This document shows positions 19,186-28,361 of a DNA stretch of 64,000 bases, piece by piece. This stretch comes from an uncultured Verrucomicrobiae bacterium (GTDB taxonomy: Bacteria > Verrucomicrobiota > Verrucomicrobiia > Chthoniobacterales > JAFAMB01). The stretch is taken from assembly GCA_963837955.1 (NCBI GenBank), contig CAWIPH010000002.1, positions 1,408,001 to 1,472,000 of the forward strand, in the 5' to 3' direction. The position numbers were made by a program, and so were the translations under genes. The notes beneath the pieces were generated by a model. It had not been told where the DNA came from and ran no database searches. It saw only the letters and a list, made by a program, of their open reading frames with translations. Position 1 is the first letter of the stretch. The number at the start of each line of letters is the position of its first letter.

Positions 19186-19722
19186 ATGTCTACAAAGAGA
19201 GATCATGTCTTGATGAGGAACCTTGGAGCGACTCTAATTTCAGCATTGATCGGGATTACTCTCGCCGGTACTGCCAACGGCGAGGAACAATGGAAGACTT
19301 ACGTGAACGGACGCTGGGGATTTTCTTTAACCTACCCGCCATCTCTCACAGCGGGACCGTTGCCAACCAATGGGGCGGGACTGGAGTTTCATTCAGCATC
19401 CGAAGAGGTATCCCTTTCTGCTCAGGGTTCCCATATCCACGAGGATATCGGCGAAACTTTAGACGGTTTTTGGCGTCATGAGCTTTCCGAGCGCGGAGAG
19501 ACTGTCACGTATAAGCTGAAGAAAGATAATTACTACGTGATCTCCGGAGTTAATTCTAACGGTTACGAATTTTACCACAAAGTCTTCTTCTTTCCTGGGC
19601 GCTGGATTGAATTTGAGATCACCTATCCGCACGCCAAAAGCGCCATTTACGACCCATGGGTTGAGAGAATCGCCCGGGACTTTAATCCGTCATTGCCAGA
19701 GAGCAGAGCTTACGATCGCTAA
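19186..19722 (+). CDS. Exported hypothetical protein (PsbP-like N-terminal motif)
   Basis: Signal peptide followed by WKTYVNGRWGFSLTYP. Confidence 0.65.
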   Translation: MSTKRDHVLMRNLGATLISALIGITLAGTANGEEQWKTYVNGRWGFSLTYPPSLTAGPLPTNGAGLEFHSASEEVSLSAQGSHIHEDIGETLDGFWRHELSERGETVTYKLKKDNYYVISGVNSNGYEFYHKVFFFPGRWIEFEITYPHAKSAIYDPWVERIARDFNPSLPESRAYDR

Positions 19723-19744
19723 TCACAGATCAGTGATTTCTTTC

Positions 19745-19771
19745 AGTCATTCTGGGCCAAACAGAATGACT
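19745..19771. terminator. Perfect 10-bp stem-loop, possible terminator
   Basis: AGTCATTCTG-ggccaaa-CAGAATGACT after the 19722 stop; weak U-tract. Confidence 0.4.
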
Positions 19772-19839
19772 CGCCTTTGAAATGGTAACAATTCCCGCAA
19801 TCGAACTAACAGTTGCATCTTGTTCGGAGATTGCATCTT

Positions 19840-20366
19840 TGCGTCAAAATGAGGCCGATGTTGATTCTCTGCCCCGAAGGGGCGCCAGGAGGTCCGGTTT
19901 CATATTTAGGTGACACTTTTGTGTCACTAATTGGGTGACACTTGGGAGGAAAGAAAGCCTCTGGGTGGTCAGAGAAAAGGTAACAGAGCCTGGAGTGCTG
20001 CTTCTGGGCTTGGAGGCTCTTGGTACGCTATCACTGGCTGGCGCGACACCACTCCAGATCAAGCTCGAAACGGAATAAATGGCTGGGACCTGCCGAAGGC
20101 GGGGGGCCGCCAGTTATGCCGATTTCGAGCTTGATCTGGAGGCGCAGCGCCCGCCAGGGATAGCGTACCAAGAGCCTCCAAGACCAGACACAGCACTCCA
20201 GGCCCTGTTACCTTTTCTCTGACCCACCACGTGGCTTTTTCGCCTTCCAAGTGTCACCCAAATTATGACACAAAGTGTCACCTCAATAGTACACAAATGT
20301 TTACAACCGAAGACCTCCTGGCACCCCTTCGGGGCAGAGAGCCAACATCGGCCTCATGTTGACGCA
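19840..20366. repeat. 527-bp imperfect palindrome (long foldback element)
   Basis: The left arm (19840-~20088) aligns with the reverse complement of the right arm (~20104-20366), with scattered mismatches and small indels; apex CCTGCC-GAA-GGCGGG. Confidence 0.95.
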
Positions 20367-20442
20367 GGGGCTAAACGCGGGGGTCCGCCTTCGCCAAGCC
20401 TTCGGCGCGACGCTTTCGCTCGCTTCTGCGTCGCGGGGCGAA

Positions 20443-20513
20443 AGCGGGTGAAGGGAATCGAACCCTCGTATGTAGCTTGGGAAGCTACCGTTCTACCATT
20501 GAACTACACCCGC
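20443..20513 (-). tRNA. tRNA-Gly (CCC)
   Basis: GCGGGTG acceptor stem, GTAGC-TTCCCAA-GCTAC anticodon arm, GGTTCGATTCC, U73 discriminator; CCA not encoded. Confidence 0.97.
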
Positions 20514-20631
20514 GGATATTAGTCGCCCAGCCGGGAACTGTTGGGACGACCGGATTCGGGGAGCGTAACGTTTTTGGATTCGGACGCAAGCCGAACCTCG
20601 CGAGGGAACGCAAGGATAATCACAATCGTAA

Positions 20632-20725
20632 TCGTCCTCGTGCTCGTCCTCGAGATTTCACTACGCCGCGGATCGCGAGGACGCGATCCCTCCCAAACCC
20701 CTATCGAGGACGAGGACGACGACGA
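20632..20725. repeat. (TCGTCC)n/(GGACGA)n inverted repeat enclosing half of the 52-bp REP unit
   Basis: 20632-20653 versus 20704-20725 (2 mismatches); 20664-20694 matches 61635-61665. Confidence 0.75.
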
Positions 20726-20808
20726 ATCGGTCCGGCAGGAGCCGAACCCTACGGCTCGAGTTCGCTTATTCGACATTAAGGGAAGTTCAGCTTATCCTCC
20801 CGGTTCTA

Positions 20809-23049
20809 ATGCGTTCTCAGAAAGACGGCGTCGAGCCGCTCCGCCAGCGCTTGCTCAATTTGCTGGCACACCCCAAATATCAACCGCTTAATAAAACGGA
20901 TCTAGCGAAACGGCTCGATGTACCGGTCGAAGGCAGGGCAGCGTTTCGCCGTTTGCTCGTTGACCTGGAGGCGCAAGGTAAAATCACCCGCATCCGCAAG
21001 GAGCGTTATGTCCTGCCCCAGGAGGCAGACCTGGTCGTTGGCGTCTTGCAGATGAATCCGCAAGGATTCGGCTACCTCCTGAACACGACAGGGGATGGGT
21101 TAGGGGATGTCTTTGTCTCGGCCGAAAACACGAGTACGGCGATGCATCGGGACAAGGTGGTGGTGCGCCTCATTCGAGAAGAGGTGCCGCAGCTTCGGTC
21201 TGGACGTCAACGAGCCCGACGGCAAGGCAAGGTGATCAAGATCCTGGAACGTGCCAATAAACAGATTGTAGGGACGCTGCAGCAATCGAAAAAGTTTTTC
21301 TATGTGGTGCCGGATGATCCGTGTGTGATCCATGACATTTACGTTGAATTAGATCACAAACGAATGCCGCGGATGCCTCGGCTTAACGACAAAGTGGTGG
21401 TCCGCCTGGAACCATGGGAAAGCCGGCATCTTAACCCGGAAGGCGAAATCATCGAGGTTCTCGGTCCTGCCCGAGCGCCCGGTGTCGATATTCTCGGGAT
21501 CATCAAGAAGTACGACCTCCCGGTCGAGTTTCCCGCAAACGTCCTGGAGCAGGCCGAAAAAATTCCGGTGACGATACCGCCGGCGGCTCTGCGACATCGG
21601 GAAGATCTGCGGTCGGTGCCGGTATTTACGATCGATCCTGAAGATGCGCGGGATTTTGATGACGCGATCCATGTACGACGGGTGGGAGACCAATGGGAGG
21701 TCGGTGTGCATATCGCGGATGTTTCGCACTATGTATCACCTGGCTCCACCCTTGACCGCGAGGCATTGAAACGCGGCAACAGCGTTTACCTGCCCGACCG
21801 GGTTTTGCCAATGTTACCTGAGCGACTGTCCAACGGCGTCTGTAGTCTCCGTCCGGACGAAGATCATCTAACGAAGAGTGTGATCGTCCGGTTCGACGAG
21901 GCGGGACAGGTAAAGAGCCATCGGTTCGCGGCCACGGTAATCCGGAGCCGCTTTCGACTAACCTATGGTGAGGCATACGAGCGGTTGAAACGACAGCCCG
22001 AAAATCAACTCGATCACTTTCTTCACCAAGCCTGGAAGATCGCCGCGAGTTTGCGGGAACGGCGATTCAAGCAAGGGGCGCTCGATCTTGATTTTCCGGA
22101 AGTCCGTGTTCGCTTGGACCAAAACGGCAGAACTATCGGTCTAATTAGAGAAGAGAACGACATCTCGCATCAATTGATTGAGGAATTCATGCTTCTGGCC
22201 AACGAGATTGTTGGCCGCGAGACCAAGAACCGCTCCATACCGAGCGTCTACCGCGTCCACGAAGATCCGGATCCGGATAAGCTGCTTGAGTTCCGCGAGC
22301 TGGCCCGTGCGCACCGGCTAACGCCGGGTGACCTTTCGCAAAGACGGGTAATGCAAAAGTTTCTGAAATCAATCGAGGGCCGGCCGGACGAAGGGTTGTT
22401 GAAGGTCAGTCTGTTGCGCAGCTTGCGCAAAGCGATCTATTCTCCCACGCCGCTCGGGCATTTCGGACTAGCAAAAGCGGACTACACGCATTTCACCAGC
22501 CCAATTCGCCGGTACGCGGATTTGATCGTTCATCGAGCATTCAACGCGTTGCTGCCGGAACCTGCGGATCGGAAAAAATTGTTAAGTTCTAACCGGCTAG
22601 AGGAGGTGTGCGAGCATATTTCAACAACGGAGCGCATCGCAGCCGACGCCGAGCGCGAAGCCGTGCGCCTGAAGAAACTGGAGTATCTGGAAAGTCTAAT
22701 CGGCGGTCCACACAGGTTCCAGGCGACTGTCCTCGAAGTCCGGAACTATGGCTTGCTCGTCGAGGTGCCGGACGCGCTTATCACAGGCTTGATTCACGTC
22801 TCTTCGCTCGGAGGGGACTTCTACATCTACGACGGCGCCAAACAACAGATGTATGGGCGCCGGACGAAATTCACGCTAGGGTTGGGAGATCGCCTGGAGG
22901 TCGGGGTGGCGCGAGTGGACCGATTCAAGCAGCAAGTAGACTTTACGCTCATCCGCAAGGTGCCGCGACCAACCGAGATGGAGGCGCCGTCGAAAACCGG
23001 AGACGGGAAACGGAATGCAAGAGAGTTACGACATGAATTTGGAAAATAG
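20809..23049 (+). CDS. rnr: Ribonuclease R
   Basis: N-terminal HTH, CSD, RNB motif TIDPEDARDFDDA, YTHFTSPIRRYADL, S1 domain. Confidence 0.95.
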   Translation: MRSQKDGVEPLRQRLLNLLAHPKYQPLNKTDLAKRLDVPVEGRAAFRRLLVDLEAQGKITRIRKERYVLPQEADLVVGVLQMNPQGFGYLLNTTGDGLGDVFVSAENTSTAMHRDKVVVRLIREEVPQLRSGRQRARRQGKVIKILERANKQIVGTLQQSKKFFYVVPDDPCVIHDIYVELDHKRMPRMPRLNDKVVVRLEPWESRHLNPEGEIIEVLGPARAPGVDILGIIKKYDLPVEFPANVLEQAEKIPVTIPPAALRHREDLRSVPVFTIDPEDARDFDDAIHVRRVGDQWEVGVHIADVSHYVSPGSTLDREALKRGNSVYLPDRVLPMLPERLSNGVCSLRPDEDHLTKSVIVRFDEAGQVKSHRFAATVIRSRFRLTYGEAYERLKRQPENQLDHFLHQAWKIAASLRERRFKQGALDLDFPEVRVRLDQNGRTIGLIREENDISHQLIEEFMLLANEIVGRETKNRSIPSVYRVHEDPDPDKLLEFRELARAHRLTPGDLSQRRVMQKFLKSIEGRPDEGLLKVSLLRSLRKAIYSPTPLGHFGLAKADYTHFTSPIRRYADLIVHRAFNALLPEPADRKKLLSSNRLEEVCEHISTTERIAADAEREAVRLKKLEYLESLIGGPHRFQATVLEVRNYGLLVEVPDALITGLIHVSSLGGDFYIYDGAKQQMYGRRTKFTLGLGDRLEVGVARVDRFKQQVDFTLIRKVPRPTEMEAPSKTGDGKRNARELRHEFGK

Positions 23050-23224
23050 CGTTCTTTTGATCGGAGCCGGCGAACCGTGAGTGGCTCGAAGTCAACCACT
23101 AACGGTCCTGCTGGCGCAATTAGCTGTTTACTGGCTGAGAAAAGTATGCGACCAAGTAGAATTCTTCCTTTGATCTTGCCGGTATAGGTAGAGAAAGGTA
23201 GACCGGATCCCCCCTCCAAGAGTC

Positions 23225-23440
23225 ATGGACAATGTTATTGTTACGAGAGAGTTGCAGGTTGAGCGTAAGCATTTCTTCATAGAATTCAGAGAAAACGAGC
23301 GCGGTCGTTTCATGCGAATTACAGAAGAGGCGCATGGCCGGCGGAACACGATCATCATCCCCAGCACAGGTCTGGACGACTTTATGTCCGCTGCCGGAGA
23401 TGTAATTCAATCCGCCGACCGCGTTCCAGCTGCTTCTTAG
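23225..23440 (+). CDS. PUR-family (Pur-alpha-like) ssDNA/RNA-binding protein
   Basis: RELQVERKHFFIEFRENERGRFMRITEE...RNTIIIP matches a single PUR repeat. Confidence 0.8.
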   Translation: MDNVIVTRELQVERKHFFIEFRENERGRFMRITEEAHGRRNTIIIPSTGLDDFMSAAGDVIQSADRVPAAS

Positions 23441-23786
23441 TCGGACTTTTCCGAACATCATAGGTCAGACCGGCGCGAGCCTGTTGCAGGATGCGCGACT
23501 TGCCTGATACGTTGCATTTTGAGCGACAAGCCCGATCCGTGTTCAAAGCGTCGGGATGAGCCATCAGGTTTCCTCGTCCACGGGGCTAGCAAAAATTGTT
23601 GCGGCTTGAGAAGAAGTTTCGGGCTGAGAATCGCTGCGGGGAGCGGAAAGTTGGCCCCAAGTTGAGATAATCCGTGGAATCCCGGTCGCTCGTTGACATG
23701 CCGGGTCGCTTCGTTAGTTTGACCGTTCTGGTGCCCAAGCGACAGGCCGGGATCTTTGCCTGTCCGCACTCACCAAATCTCCACCT

Positions 23787-26561
23787 ATGGCTAAAAAACT
23801 GAAGAGAAAGGCGGCCAAAGCGCCGTCCCGAAAACGCGCTGCGAAGAAGGTATCCGCGACGCCAAAAAAATTACGTTATGTCTACTATTTTGGCGACGGT
23901 AAGGCCGACGGAAACGGTTCGATGAAACCGCTGTTGGGCGGCAAAGGCGCGAATCTCGCGGAGATGACGCGAATCGGGTTGCCGGTTCCTCCAGGGTTCA
24001 CCATTACGACCGAGGTTTGCACGTATTTTTACGACAACAAAAAGCACTATCCCCCTGAACTTGAGGCGCAGGTGGAAACGGCTTTGGCAAAGATCGAGAA
24101 ATCGGTCGGCAAGAAGCTGGGAGATCGTTCCAACCCACTCCTGCTCTCAGTTCGTTCCGGCGCGCGCGATTCAATGCCCGGGATGATGGACACGATTCTG
24201 AATCTCGGAATGAATGATGAGGTGGTCGAGATCGTGGCAGAGAAGAGCGGCAATCCCCGTTTTGCCTGGGACTCGTATCGCCGATTTCTGCAGATGTACG
24301 GCGATGTCGTGATGGGTGTGCAAACGCGGGAAGGAGAGGATCACGAACCTTTTGAAACGGTGATCGAGGAAGTGAAGCATGCGGCCCAGGTCGAGAAAGA
24401 TAACGAGCTTTCTCCCGAACATCTGAAGACGCTGGTCGAAAAGTTCAAACAATTGATCAAAGAACGGACCGGAAAGACTTTTCCGCAAGACCCGCGACAA
24501 CAGTTATGGGGCTCTATTGGGGCGGTTTTCGGTTCCTGGAACAACGACCGCGCGATCGTTTATCGACGCAAATACGGTATTCCACACGAATGGGGGACGG
24601 CGGTGAACGTGCAGACCATGGTCTTCGGTAATCGTGGTGACACGAGTGCTACCGGCGTTGCCTTCACGCGCGATCCAGCGACCGGCGAGAAGGTTTTTTA
24701 TGGCGAGTATCTCATCAATGCGCAAGGTGAAGATGTGGTTGCTGGTGTGCGTACACCTCATCCGGTGGCGCAGTTGGCGCAGGAGATGCCGGCAGCTCAC
24801 AAGGAACTGATGAAAGTTCGGTCCCTGCTAGAGAAGCATTTTCGCGACATGCAGGACCTGGAATTTACGGTAGAAGACAATAAACTCTACATCCTCCAGA
24901 CCAGAAACGGCAAACGGACGGGCTTGGCCGCGGTTCGAATCGCGACCGATATGGTCACCGAGAAGTTAATTACCAAGGAAGAGGCAATCCGGCGGATTCC
25001 GGCGGATTCGCTTGGGCACTTGCTCGCACCAATTTTTGATCAAGCGAGTGTTCGCAACGCTCACAAGATCGCGACGGGATTAGCAGCTGGTCCAGGGGCA
25101 GCCAGCGGTCGCCTCGTTTTCAATGCCAAAGACGCGGTGGATCTGGCGCATAAGGGAGAGCGGGTGATCCTCGCTCGAATCGAAACCTCTCCGGAAGATT
25201 TGCGGGGAATGATCGCCGCCGAAGGGATTCTGACCGCGCGGGGTGGTGTCTCCTCACATGCAGCTCTGGTTGCTCGGCAGATGGGCAAAGTCTGCGTCTG
25301 CGGCGCTTCGGCGCTAAAGATCGATTACGCCGCCCAGACGTTGTCGGCTGGAACCACCACGCTCAAGCAAGGTGATTATATCTCAATTGATGGTACGGCG
25401 GGCGAAGTGTACGCGGGCGAAGTGAAAACGGCTGCCTCCGAGGTTGTGCAGGTCTTAGTCGAAAAGAAACTCAACCCGAAGAAAAGCCGGACCTATCAGG
25501 AATTCGCTTCACTGATGAGTTGGGCGGACAAGGCGCGCAAGCTTGATGTGCGAACGAATGCTGATTCTCCGGACCAGGTAGCAACTGCCATCTCCTTTGG
25601 AGCAAAGGGTATCGGTCTTTGCCGCACGGAACATATGTTTTTCGAGGGTGATCGAATCGACGCAATGCGCCAGATGATCCTCGCCCAAACGCTGCCTGAG
25701 CGGAAAGCGGCCTTAGCAAAACTATTGCCTTATCAGCGGGGCGATTTCGCCGGAATTTTCCGGGAGCTAAAAGGGTTACCGGCTACGATTCGTTTCCTCG
25801 ATCCGCCGCTCCACGAATTCTTGCCGCACACTGAGGCACAGCAAAAGGATCTCGCGGCGAAGTTGAATGTGCCGCTCGAGCACATTGCCCGCCGGGTGGA
25901 GGAATTGCATGAGTTCAATCCGATGCTTGGTCATCGCGGTTGTCGGCTCGGGATCTCGTTCCCGGAAGTTACGGAAATGCAGGCTCGCGCCATCTTCGAG
26001 GCAGCAGCTGAAGTGCAGAAGAGTGGTATCAAAGTTAATCCGGAGGTCATGATCCCGCTGGTTGGTTTCCCCAAGGAGTTGAAGCTGCAGATCGATATCG
26101 TGCACCGCGTCGCGAAAGAAGTAGCCAAAGAGCATAAGGTTAAATTCAACTATCTCGTTGGCACGATGCTGGAGATTCCGCGCGCCGCTTTGGTAGCGGA
26201 TGAAATTGCCAAAGACGCTCAGTTTTTTAGCTTTGGAACGAACGACCTAACTCAAACCACGTTGGGCATGAGCCGCGATGATTCCGGAAGCTTCCTGCCT
26301 CATTACCAGGAATTAGAAATCGTAAAGAATAACCCATTCGCCACGATCGATCAGCAAGGAGTCGGCAAGCTGATGGAGATTGCGCGTGACCAGGCGCACA
26401 AGAGCCGTCCTAACATCAAGCTCGGCATTTGCGGTGAGCACGGGGGCGATCCGGAGAGCGTTAAGTTTTGTCATCGGATCGGATTGGACTATGTCAGTTG
26501 TAGTCCATTCCGAGTGCCGATTGCTAAGTTAGCCGCTGCTCAAGCCGCGCTAGCCGACTGA
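23787..26561 (+). CDS. ppdK: Pyruvate, phosphate dikinase
   Basis: [17 protein letters not shown], phospho-His motif [33 protein letters not shown]. Confidence 0.98.
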   Translation: MAKKLKRKAAKAPSRKRAAKKVSATPKKLRYVYYFGDGKADGNGSMKPLLGGKGANLAEMTRIGLPVPPGFTITTEVCTYFYDNKKHYPPELEAQVETALAKIEKSVGKKLGDRSNPLLLSVRSGARDSMPGMMDTILNLGMNDEVVEIVAEKSGNPRFAWDSYRRFLQMYGDVVMGVQTREGEDHEPFETVIEEVKHAAQVEKDNELSPEHLKTLVEKFKQLIKERTGKTFPQDPRQQLWGSIGAVFGSWNNDRAIVYRRKYGIPHEWGTAVNVQTMVFGNRGDTSATGVAFTRDPATGEKVFYGEYLINAQGEDVVAGVRTPHPVAQLAQEMPAAHKELMKVRSLLEKHFRDMQDLEFTVEDNKLYILQTRNGKRTGLAAVRIATDMVTEKLITKEEAIRRIPADSLGHLLAPIFDQASVRNAHKIATGLAAGPGAASGRLVFNAKDAVDLAHKGERVILARIETSPEDLRGMIAAEGILTARGGVSSHAALVARQMGKVCVCGASALKIDYAAQTLSAGTTTLKQGDYISIDGTAGEVYAGEVKTAASEVVQVLVEKKLNPKKSRTYQEFASLMSWADKARKLDVRTNADSPDQVATAISFGAKGIGLCRTEHMFFEGDRIDAMRQMILAQTLPERKAALAKLLPYQRGDFAGIFRELKGLPATIRFLDPPLHEFLPHTEAQQKDLAAKLNVPLEHIARRVEELHEFNPMLGHRGCRLGISFPEVTEMQARAIFEAAAEVQKSGIKVNPEVMIPLVGFPKELKLQIDIVHRVAKEVAKEHKVKFNYLVGTMLEIPRAALVADEIAKDAQFFSFGTNDLTQTTLGMSRDDSGSFLPHYQELEIVKNNPFATIDQQGVGKLMEIARDQAHKSRPNIKLGICGEHGGDPESVKFCHRIGLDYVSCSPFRVPIAKLAAAQAALAD

Positions 26562-26583
26562 TGCGCCAGGACACTAAATAACG

Positions 26584-26613
26584 TCGAGGGCCTCGTCTCG
26601 CGAGGCCTTTCGA
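26584..26613. terminator. Stem-loop between convergent ppdK and CDF genes
   Basis: TCGAGGGCCTCG-tctcg-CGAGGCCTTTCGA. Confidence 0.5.
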
Positions 26614-26722
26614 TTCGCGAAGTTTCTTCGTGTTCAAATGGCGATGACCGATAGCAAATAGCCAATAGCAAACTTGGCTATCTGCTATTTGTCATGGCCA
26701 TTCGGCGATAGCGAATGGCCCC

Positions 26723-27649
26723 TCAGTCGCCGCCCCGGTGAATGATGTCGTGATCGAGAGCGCTCTCTAGATGAGTGGTGACCTTGGCGCCGGAAGGAAT
26801 ATTGGTCTCGAGAGTCTCTTCAATCTCCGTCGCGACACGGTGCGCGTCACTGAGCAATACACCGGCCGGGAAAACGAGATGGAACTCGACCCAGTTAGTG
26901 TCTCCGAGGTTGCGGTGGCGCAGGTTGTGATAGGAAACCCCGCGCTGGCTGGTTTCGCGATCCAGCAGTTCGACGATGTTTTGCTGGATGGCAGGATCCG
27001 CTGCGTCCATCAAGCCGGAAAACCCGGAGCGAACCAGCCGGATTCCGGTGATCAGGATGTTGGTCGCGATCAAAATACCGATTACCGGATCGATCGGAGC
27101 CCAATGGAAGAACCAAGTTAATAGGAGGCTGATAAGAACGGCAGCGCTCGTCCAGCAATCGGTCAACGTATGTTTGCCGTTGGCCTCCACCAGAAATGAA
27201 TGATACTTGCGGCCAGTTCGAATGAGATAAAAGCCCAAAGCCCCGTTTACGCAGGCGGCAGCAATCGTTAAAACGATTCCAAGAGTCAGGTTCTGCAATG
27301 GTTCCGGATAGAAAAGTTTCTTTCCGGAGTGGAAATAGATAAAAAACGCGGCCAGCAGAATCAAAGAGCCTTCCACTCCGGCCGAAAAGAAACCGATTTT
27401 CGCGTGACCGTAACGATGCGTTGCGTCCGCCGGCTTAGTGGAGAGCCGGAGGCTGTAGGTGGCGAACAGGACGGCGATCACATGCACGATCGATTCGGCA
27501 GCATCACTCAGGATCGCGGCAGAGCCCGTGATGAAATACCCGCCCATCTTGAGGAAGACCATCCCGAGAGCGACGCCCATTGACCATGACATCGCTCGCC
27601 ACAACAGCGCTTCTCGCCCGGTTCGGGGATGTCCATCAATTCTCTCCAT
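26723..27649 (-). CDS. Cation diffusion facilitator (FieF-like)
   Basis: SAAILSDAAESIVH, KPADATHRYGH, HTLTD, C-terminal dimerisation domain. Confidence 0.92.
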   Translation of the reverse strand: MERIDGHPRTGREALLWRAMSWSMGVALGMVFLKMGGYFITGSAAILSDAAESIVHVIAVLFATYSLRLSTKPADATHRYGHAKIGFFSAGVEGSLILLAAFFIYFHSGKKLFYPEPLQNLTLGIVLTIAAACVNGALGFYLIRTGRKYHSFLVEANGKHTLTDCWTSAAVLISLLLTWFFHWAPIDPVIGILIATNILITGIRLVRSGFSGLMDAADPAIQQNIVELLDRETSQRGVSYHNLRHRNLGDTNWVEFHLVFPAGVLLSDAHRVATEIEETLETNIPSGAKVTTHLESALDHDIIHRGGD

Positions 27650-28361
27650 CGCCGCTCTTTTTCGGACGTTTCATCCTGATGTGAATCTGCCGCGACAACA
27701 GCCAACGCACACCGAACATATCGACCGTTGCTCGCCAGGCGCGATTGCCAAAGCTGTATTTGCTCGAGCCATATTGTCGGGCGCGGTGGTGGACGGGTAC
27801 CTCAACGATCCGATAACCGGCGCCTTTGATCAGGGCCGGAATAAAGCGATGCATACCGTAAAACGGGATCAGAGCTTCGCGGCATTCACGACGCATTGCT
27901 TTCAATGTGCAACCCGTGTCTCTAATGCCATCCTTGGTAAATCGGCTCCGCACAGCATTTGCAATACTGCTCTGGAAGCGTTTAAACCAAGTATCCTTGC
28001 GCTTCGCCCGGAAGCCGCAGACAAGATCTGCGCCCTTTTCCAATTCGGCCAGCAACAGCGGAATATCGTTGGGGTCATTCTGCAAATCGCTGTCGATTAA
28101 CACCAGGATTTCTCCACGCGCGGCGCGCAGCCCCGCATAAATTGCGGCGCTCTGACCAGTGTTTTTTGTGAACTCAAGGATGCGAACGCGAGATCCGAGG
28201 TCGATCTTTTCGAGCGAGTTATCGGTGGATCCATCGTCCACAAAAACAAGCTCGTGGTCATAATCCGTCATTACTTTGGCCAACTCGGTTTGAAGCTGAA
28301 ACAGACTTTGAGCCTCGTTGTAGATTGGGATAACGATGGAAATGTGCGGATCGGCGTTCAC
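27636..28361 (-). CDS. GT2 polyprenol-phosphate glycosyltransferase (ArnC/DPM1-like)
   Basis: SIVIPIYNE, VDDGSTD, IDSDLQNDP, DTGCTLK. Confidence 0.92.
   Translation of the reverse strand: MNADPHISIVIPIYNEAQSLFQLQTELAKVMTDYDHELVFVDDGSTDNSLEKIDLGSRVRILEFTKNTGQSAAIYAGLRAARGEILVLIDSDLQNDPNDIPLLLAELEKGADLVCGFRAKRKDTWFKRFQSSIANAVRSRFTKDGIRDTGCTLKAMRRECREALIPFYGMHRFIPALIKGAGYRIVEVPVHHRARQYGSSKYSFGNRAWRATVDMFGVRWLLSRQIHIRMKRPKKSGDGEN

Noticed and set aside
19844..20296. Short ORFs inside the giant palindrome (e.g. 19931-20134 + and 20114-20296 -, both containing RKGNRAWSA)
   Set aside because: They are mirror images produced by the inverted repeat; indels between the arms do not preserve the frames
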